DNA of 32,000 nucleotides. Source: Candidatus Saccharimonadota bacterium (GTDB lineage Bacteria > Pseudomonadota > Gammaproteobacteria > Enterobacterales > Enterobacteriaceae). A program made the translations under genes and the position numbers. Below, piece after piece: positions 24,146 through 29,096 of the stretch; the stretch's first letter is position 1, and each line of letters starts with the position of its first letter. The stretch lies in assembly GCA_041941765.1 (NCBI GenBank), contig CP145869.1, positions 372,019-404,018 of the forward strand. Direction: 5' to 3'. The notes under the pieces are model-generated. The model was given only the letters and a program-made list of their open reading frames with translations, was not told where the DNA came from and searched no databases.

Positions 24146-24407
24146 ATCTATTTTATTATGAGATGATTAATTTATAATCACTTTTTATTATCATCATTTA
24201 CAAAATATCTATGTAGTATTTACTGCTCCAGATTATCCAATGTCTAATTTTCAAAAAAAATTATACATAGGCAATGTAATAATCTACACATTTTTGAATA
24301 AATCCCTATTTTTTTATCCAACTCAAAAACTGCCAACTGTATAAATTATTAATTAGCACTACTTTAGTTTTTAAAAAAAATATTTGATCCTGAGGGAGAT
24401 AATATGT
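24146..24407 (+). promoter_or_regulatory. leader/promoter region of the 7-deazapurine operon (no promoter resolved)
   Basis: Part of the roughly 300 nt non-coding gap that precedes seven tightly packed co-directional ORFs. Shine-Dalgarno GAGGGAG lies at 24392-24398, 9 nt before the ATG at 24408. Hexamer calls are unreliable at this AT content. Confidence 0.35.
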
Positions 24408-25097
24408 ATGTTTGGCCAAAATCCTGCAAGAAAGAAAGCTCCTGACAGTGAAAATTTATGGATTGAAAATATTTTTCGTACTATTCAGGGAGAAGGACCT
24501 TATACAGGTTATCCTGCAACTTTTATAAGACTTTCCGGTTGTAATTTGAAATGCTATTGGTGTGATACACAATTCGAATCATTTAAATGGAATCTTAATC
24601 CAATAGATATTTTTCATAAAATAAATCATTTGGATTATCCAACTCCCAAATTAGTAGTTATTACGGGAGGAGAACCTTTTCGCCAAAATATTGTGCCACT
24701 AATAGATTATCTTATAGAAAATCAATTAATAGTACAAATAGAAACAAATGGCACTATATATCGTCCAATTCAAATGAACAAAAGTTTGACAATAGTATGT
24801 AGTCCTAAAACACCACAATTACATCCTAGAACTGTAGAAATTATAACTCATTATAAATATGTAATTGCACATGGAGAAATTGATGAAAATGATGGGCTTC
24901 CAATTTATTGTACTCAATTAAAAGAAAAACGATTAAGGTTATTTCGACCTCCTCTAGGAAAACCTATATATGTAATGCCCAGAGACGATTATGATAAAAA
25001 AACTAATCTGAAAAATCTAAATACATGTATCAAAGTAGCAATGAAATATGGTCGGACATTAAATATTCAATTACATAAAGAACTTCATCTTCCATAA
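24408..25097 (+). CDS. queE: radical-SAM 7-carboxy-7-deazaguanine (CDG) synthase, QueE/ToyC/TubB-like
   Basis: 229 aa. Contains IFRTIQGEGPYTGYPATFIRLSGCNLKCYWCDT (a QGEG box plus the CxxxCxxC radical-SAM cluster), then ITGGEP and ETNG blocks typical of short QueE. The in-frame ATG at 24408 has a good Shine-Dalgarno; the track TTG at 24384 is less likely. Confidence 0.85.
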   Translation: MFGQNPARKKAPDSENLWIENIFRTIQGEGPYTGYPATFIRLSGCNLKCYWCDTQFESFKWNLNPIDIFHKINHLDYPTPKLVVITGGEPFRQNIVPLIDYLIENQLIVQIETNGTIYRPIQMNKSLTIVCSPKTPQLHPRTVEIITHYKYVIAHGEIDENDGLPIYCTQLKEKRLRLFRPPLGKPIYVMPRDDYDKKTNLKNLNTCIKVAMKYGRTLNIQLHKELHLP

Positions 25098-25107
25098 GGA
25101 AAATCTC

Positions 25108-25719
25108 ATGTCAAATCGGCAGGAATTTCAAACAAAAGAAAAAGCACGTCAAGCAGTCATAGATATTTTAACCTATCTAGGTGAAGATGTTACCAGACAA
25201 GGACTTATTGACACACCAGATCGATTTCTAAAATCTTTAAAAAATCAAACCGAAGGTTATTCTAAAGACCCCTATTTAATTCTTGAAAAATTTTTTGAAG
25301 AAGTTGAAGGATACAATAATTTAGTACTTCTTCAAAATATTCATTTCGAGTCTACATGTGAACATCATCTTGCACCTATAGTAGGAAGTGCTGTCGTAGG
25401 ATATCTACCGAATAGAAGAGTGGTGGGACTGTCAAAATTAGCACGTGTTGTAGATGTGTTTTCTAAAAGATTACAAATTCAAGAAAGGTTAACTTCTCAA
25501 ATTGGACAAACACTTGATGAGGTTTTAAAACCTAAAGGAGTAGGTGTCATTATACGTGCTAGACATAATTGTTTATGTACACGTGGTGCTTATAAACCTA
25601 ATGCACTTATGACAACTATTTATTTTTCTGGTCTTTTTGAGCAAGATTTGCTTAAAAAAGAAGAATTCTACAAATCAGTATCTTTGCCTTGGGGGCATGG
25701 AGTACATTATTCTCAATAA
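25108..25719 (+). CDS. folE: GTP cyclohydrolase I (FolE type, short form)
   Basis: 203 aa. Contains GLIDTPDRF, ESTCEHHLAP, GLSKLARVVDVFSKRLQIQERLT and HNCLCTRG, so the Zn ligands Cys/His/Cys are present. AAGGA Shine-Dalgarno; 10 nt gap from queE. Confidence 0.92.
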   Translation: MSNRQEFQTKEKARQAVIDILTYLGEDVTRQGLIDTPDRFLKSLKNQTEGYSKDPYLILEKFFEEVEGYNNLVLLQNIHFESTCEHHLAPIVGSAVVGYLPNRRVVGLSKLARVVDVFSKRLQIQERLTSQIGQTLDEVLKPKGVGVIIRARHNCLCTRGAYKPNALMTTIYFSGLFEQDLLKKEEFYKSVSLPWGHGVHYSQ

Positions 25720-25728
25720 GGAAAAATT

Positions 25729-26244
25729 ATGTATAAAATCAATCGAAAAATAGAAATTGATGCTGGTCATAGAATTAAAGCACATACTTCTAAATGTCGT
25801 AATTTACATGGACATAGATACAAAATTCTTGTCACTCTTTCATCAAAACAATTAATTAGTGATGGATCTCAGACTGGAATGGTTATGGATTTTGGTTTTA
25901 TCAAAGAAGTTATGAAAGAGTCTATTGATAGTACTTGTGATCATGCAATTATTGTAGATGCGGAAGACGAATATTTAGTAACAATCTTAGATATTGTTAG
26001 TTCAGCACGTCAAGTAAAACATTCTAAAAATGCTGCACTTATATATAATCCAGAAAAACTGAAAATTTATTTGGTACCTTTTTCACCTACTGCCGAATAT
26101 TTAGCAAAACATTGGTACGAAATATTATCATTAAAATTGTCTACCCAACAAATTAATCATATAACTCGGTTGAGTATTGACTCAGTTCGGGTTTACGAAA
26201 CACCTAATTGTTGGGCAGAATATCCTACGTATTTTATTAAGTAA
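25729..26244 (+). CDS. queD: 6-carboxy-5,6,7,8-tetrahydropterin synthase (QueD/PTPS-III)
   Basis: 171 aa. Contains EIDAGHRI and SKCRNLHGHRYKI (catalytic Cys plus the His triad pattern of QueD), and the C-terminal VRVYETPN. 9 nt gap; AAGGA Shine-Dalgarno. Confidence 0.9.
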   Translation: MYKINRKIEIDAGHRIKAHTSKCRNLHGHRYKILVTLSSKQLISDGSQTGMVMDFGFIKEVMKESIDSTCDHAIIVDAEDEYLVTILDIVSSARQVKHSKNAALIYNPEKLKIYLVPFSPTAEYLAKHWYEILSLKLSTQQINHITRLSIDSVRVYETPNCWAEYPTYFIK

Positions 26245-26255
26245 GGAGATTCCAA

Positions 26256-27407
26256 ATGTTTAGAAAAAGCTATGTATTCGATGATGTATTATTAGTACCA
26301 AAATTAACTAATGTTTCTAGTAGAAAAGAAATAAATATCAGTATAAATTTAAATCCAATCGGACCATTAAATATTCCTATTATTTCAGCCAATACTCAAT
26401 GGTGTACTGAAGATTCTATGGCTAGTGAAATGGCTAGAATGGGAGGACTGGGAATTATTCATCGAATGTGTACTATTGAAACACAAATAAATTATGTACG
26501 TTCAGTTAAATCTATTTTAAATATTAAATCGGAAAAAGATTTCTTGCCAACTTTGGATGAAAATGGATTGTTAAAAGTAGGTGCGGCAGTAGGAATTATT
26601 GGAGATTATTTTGATCGTGCGACACAATTAATTAAGTCGGGTGCTGATTTTCTCCTTGTTGATGTAGCTCATGGTCATTCTACACAAACTATTCGTGCCA
26701 TTAAAAAGTTAAATAAGCATTTTCCAGAAATTGCTATTATAGCTGGAAATGTAGCAACAGCACAAGGAGTAATTGATTTAGCGAGTGCAGGTGCTAGTAT
26801 AATAAAAGTTGGAATAGGACCAGGAAGTGTATGTACAACAAGATCGGTAACAGGAGCAGGAATTCCGCAATTAACAGCTATTATGGATTGTGTTGAGGCA
26901 GCAAAAACATTAAATGTAAGTATTATTGCTGATGGAGGAATTAAAAGTTCAGGAGATATAGTTAAAGCATTAGCTGCCGGTGCATCAGCCGTCATGCTTG
27001 GGAGAATGTTAGCAGGAACTACAGAAAGTGCGGCTAAATTAATAGAAATTGATGGAAAAAAATATAAAGCTACTAAAGGGTTTGTAACCTTTGGTACTAA
27101 ATTAGAACTTCAACGTTTACGTGGACAAAAAATTCAAAAAGAAGAATATATTCGTTATGTTCCTGAAGGTGTTGAAGCTTGTTTCGAATATATTGGTCCT
27201 TTACGTGAATATCTTTATCAATTAATCGGAGGAATTCAATCGGGTTTTAGCTATAGTGGAGCTATTAATTATAATGAACTTCGTAAGAATCATGAATTTA
27301 TTCAAGTGTCCCCACAAACATATCAAGAAAATATCCCTCATGCATTGAATATATATGGCACTCCACCTATTGATTATAAAAAAGAGGTCATTCAAAATAA
27401 TGATTAA
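26256..27407 (+). CDS. IMPDH/GMP-reductase family oxidoreductase without CBS pair (ToyE/TubD-like candidate reductive deaminase)
   Basis: 383 aa. Contains FDDVLLVP, the catalytic loop GIGPGSVCTTR, IADGGIKSSGDIVKALAAGA and GRMLAG. Only a short linker sits where IMPDH carries its Bateman domain. AAGGAG Shine-Dalgarno. Confidence 0.85.
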   Translation: MFRKSYVFDDVLLVPKLTNVSSRKEINISINLNPIGPLNIPIISANTQWCTEDSMASEMARMGGLGIIHRMCTIETQINYVRSVKSILNIKSEKDFLPTLDENGLLKVGAAVGIIGDYFDRATQLIKSGADFLLVDVAHGHSTQTIRAIKKLNKHFPEIAIIAGNVATAQGVIDLASAGASIIKVGIGPGSVCTTRSVTGAGIPQLTAIMDCVEAAKTLNVSIIADGGIKSSGDIVKALAAGASAVMLGRMLAGTTESAAKLIEIDGKKYKATKGFVTFGTKLELQRLRGQKIQKEEYIRYVPEGVEACFEYIGPLREYLYQLIGGIQSGFSYSGAINYNELRKNHEFIQVSPQTYQENIPHALNIYGTPPIDYKKEVIQNND

Positions 27408-27864
27408 GGTCTCATGGGAAACAATCGAACAATTATCTCTTAATATCGCTTCAATTATACGAGAACAAAAAATACCATATGATTGCATTATTGGAATATC
27501 TAGATCAGGTTGGATCCCAGCAGTAATTATTGCACATAATTTAGGAGTTAGAGAACTAACATCTATTTGTATTAAAAGAAATCAAACTGATAAGATTAAT
27601 TCCGAAAAAGTGTCTCCTCACATTATAGATATTGGTTTAATGACTGAGAAGTATCTTAACTGGATTGTTATTGATGATATTGTAGGTACTGGAGAAACAA
27701 TAAAATTGATTAGAAATAAATTTGCTATACCAAATCGTTCAATTTTTGTCGCTAGTCTATTTTTTAATTCTAAAAATGGGGATTGCAATAAAATTAATAG
27801 ATTAGTTGATTATTATGCTAAAGAAGAAAAAGAATGGATTAGATTTCCTTGGGAATCTAAATAA
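27400..27864 (+). CDS. type I phosphoribosyltransferase, Gpt (xanthine-guanine PRT)-like (ToyH/TubE-like candidate)
   Basis: 154 aa from the ATG at 27400. Contains MIKVSWETIEQL...GISRSGWIPAVIIAHNLG, the PRPP loop WIVIDDIVGTGETI, and C-terminal WIRFPWE like Gpt. ATGATTAA overlaps the upstream stop by 8 nt. The track start at 27355 lies inside the previous gene. Confidence 0.85.
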   Translation: MIKVSWETIEQLSLNIASIIREQKIPYDCIIGISRSGWIPAVIIAHNLGVRELTSICIKRNQTDKINSEKVSPHIIDIGLMTEKYLNWIVIDDIVGTGETIKLIRNKFAIPNRSIFVASLFFNSKNGDCNKINRLVDYYAKEEKEWIRFPWESK

Positions 27865-27865
27865 G

Positions 27866-29086
27866 ATGAGAAAATTACTTTTACAAGCAGACCATGTACA
27901 AATAGTGAATAGGCCTTTTTCACCCGAACTTGAGGTGTCTCAATATTTACATAAAAAATACCTTAAATTAACTAATTATCCAATAACGATTTTTAATGAA
28001 ATTTTATGTAAATCAAATATTCCTTATGTCGATAATTTGTTAAAACGTACAATTATTTTAAAAGGCCTAGATATGACGGAAGAGAATTATCTTCAAGAAT
28101 TTTCTGATCGCATAAATAAGATACTAACTTCATCTCAGCAGAGAATAACAAATCATTACCACCAATCAACTAATGAATTATGCTTATCTTCATTTTCTCT
28201 CTTAGATTTACCTTTTCTAAAGTATCAGCCTGAAGATGCTGGACGTTATTTAACTTCGTTTGTTTTTTGTATTGTAGACAGTAACGATCTTAGTAATTTA
28301 GGTTTTTATCGAGGAGAGATTAAAGATGAAAATACTATTGCAATTTTTATAGATCCAAGAACCGATGCCCATAAAATACTTGTAAATCATTTACAAATTA
28401 AAAAGAAGGCTTATATTAGTCTTTTTAATGGTGGACCTATAGCTACTTATATAAGTGCTGCTAGTAAAGTTCCTGAACAAATTGATAGTTATTTATTTGC
28501 TAATGCTTTAGCAAAAAATGAAATAAAATTATTTCAGGAAAAACCTTATCCAGCGGTTCCTATCACAAGCGAAATAGTGCTCTATGGCCATATTTCGGGA
28601 AAAAAAATAGCTGAAGGTCCATTTGGGGAGTTTAAGGGATATTATTCTGATAAAAATTATAGTTATGAAGTAAAAATAGATAAAATCTATACGAGAGAAT
28701 ATCCATATTTTTTCGGTTTATTTTGTGGAAAAGAATCTGGATTAAATTTAATGCAATTTCAAAATGAAACTTTTATGTATCATCACCTAATAAAGAATTT
28801 TCCGATAAAAAAAGTAATATATCCATTTGATTATTTTTCGGAATTTGGCACAATTATTGAGACTGAAATACCAAATGATAATCTGCTAAAAACAGCAATG
28901 GAATATGATACTAGAAGTAAAATTTTTTTTGTCACACGAAATGCTGATACTTTATTTTCAGATATGGCTATTTTTAAATTTTCTGTCTTTAAAGAAATTT
29001 ATCTTAAAAAAGGAGTAAATATGGGCAATCGAATTGGTATATTAATAGATAATAATAGAAAATATTATAAATGGGCAAAATATTAG
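27866..29086 (+). CDS. UbiD-family (prFMN-dependent) decarboxylase-like protein, short form (TubF-like candidate)
   Basis: 406 aa from the ATG at 27866, 1 nt after the PRTase TAA. The hallmark EGPFGEFKGYY is present, with LPFLKYQPEDAGRYLTS, GFYRGEI and GGPIATYISAASKVP blocks colinear with the UbiD/Fdc1 fold. It is shorter than canonical UbiD. Confidence 0.75.
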   Translation: MRKLLLQADHVQIVNRPFSPELEVSQYLHKKYLKLTNYPITIFNEILCKSNIPYVDNLLKRTIILKGLDMTEENYLQEFSDRINKILTSSQQRITNHYHQSTNELCLSSFSLLDLPFLKYQPEDAGRYLTSFVFCIVDSNDLSNLGFYRGEIKDENTIAIFIDPRTDAHKILVNHLQIKKKAYISLFNGGPIATYISAASKVPEQIDSYLFANALAKNEIKLFQEKPYPAVPITSEIVLYGHISGKKIAEGPFGEFKGYYSDKNYSYEVKIDKIYTREYPYFFGLFCGKESGLNLMQFQNETFMYHHLIKNFPIKKVIYPFDYFSEFGTIIETEIPNDNLLKTAMEYDTRSKIFFVTRNADTLFSDMAIFKFSVFKEIYLKKGVNMGNRIGILIDNNRKYYKWAKY

Positions 29087-29096
29087 AGGAAATTTT

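Noticed and set aside
22039-24400. Integrative island or prophage at tRNA-Arg(CCU), an integration site in E. coli
   Set aside because: There is no integrase, no phage genes, and no duplicated tRNA 3' fragment that I could find. The conserved ypdAB pair lies between the tRNA and the cluster.
24300-24407. preQ1-type riboswitch upstream of queE
   Set aside because: There is an A-rich tail (A8 at 24373-24380), but no preceding 5-bp P1 stem and loop resembling the preQ1-I consensus. The A tract is explained by general AT-richness.
24408-26244. Interpreting queE-folE-queD simply as the queuosine (tRNA modification) pathway
   Set aside because: The locus has no queC, queF, tgt, queA or queG. The three genes are operonic with a GMPR-like enzyme, a PRTase, a UbiD-like decarboxylase and a nucleotidase, none of which has a role in queuosine synthesis. 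This cannot be fully excluded without the rest of the genome.
26675-27488. Minus-strand ORFs 26675-26995 and 27222-27488
   Set aside because: They are antisense to the Gly/Ala-rich core of the IMPDH/GMPR-family gene and to the PRTase junction. The Ala/Pro-rich translation is typical of an antisense frame.
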